Shown here: in pieces, positions 63,765 through 64,000 of the stretch | Layout of the letters: the number at the start of each line of letters is the position of its first letter | How positions within the stretch are numbered: position 1 is the stretch's first letter | DNA from: Sminthopsis crassicaudata | Taxonomy: Eukaryota | Assembly (NCBI RefSeq): GCF_048593235.1 | Contig: NC_133617.1 | Location: 78,514,937-78,578,936 of the forward strand | Direction: 5' to 3' | Length of the DNA stretch: 64,000 nucleotides | Position numbers and translations under genes: made by a program | Notes under the pieces: model-generated | Told to the model about the DNA's origin: nothing | Databases searched by the model: none | Seen by the model: the letters and a program-made list of their open reading frames with translations, nothing else

Positions 63765-64000
63765 AATACATATTCTTTATTTTGTTAAATTTTTTCCAAT
63801 TTTTTTTTTTAATTTAGAGTCCTAAATTCTCTTCCTTCCCCTGGTCTTTTCCCCAATATGATATTGATTTTATATATGAAGTCATGCAAAAAATATTTCC
63901 ATATTAGCCATGTTGCAAAAGGAAACACATACATATATACTAAGAAAAAGTGGGGAAAATTACACATTTAGAGTTCACCAGTTCTCTTTCTGGAAATGGA
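63765..64000 (-). mobile_element. Old marsupial L1 3' end, running off the window
   Basis: gaagtcatgcaaaaaatatttccatattagccatgttgcaaaag is antisense old L1 3' UTR. Confidence 0.6.

Overview
AT-rich, strongly CpG-depleted vertebrate DNA with three N-gaps (9337-9466, 14963-15293, 38106-38246). The repeats (WSINE1, MAR1/MIR, marsupial-type L1, L2, L3/CR1, OC1-type hAT MITEs, ERV solo LTRs) point to a marsupial, most likely a dasyurid such as the Tasmanian devil; the species is inferred, not proven. I recognise no host protein-coding gene. Nearly all long ORFs in the track are L1 ORF2/ORF1 remnants, antisense frames of repeats, microsatellite products or frames running through N-gaps. The window reads as a large intron or gene desert with layered transposon insertions, many with readable target-site duplications (TSDs), plus several non-repeat islands that look like enhancers. 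Best-supported observations: an L1 with a 3' transduction (54628-56046); a TSD-flanked ORF1-only HAL1-like element (9208-11561); an LTR nested in an OC1-type MITE with both TSD sets visible (40847-41443); a decayed betaretroviral gag fragment (38055-38515); an NFI/E-box cluster (8650-8945); and a CpG-retaining PBX-HOX/CDX-type island (25680-25925). An unexplained exon-like region at 49.7-53.4 kb is the best candidate for an unannotated transcript. I found no convincing evidence of a wholly new biological system.
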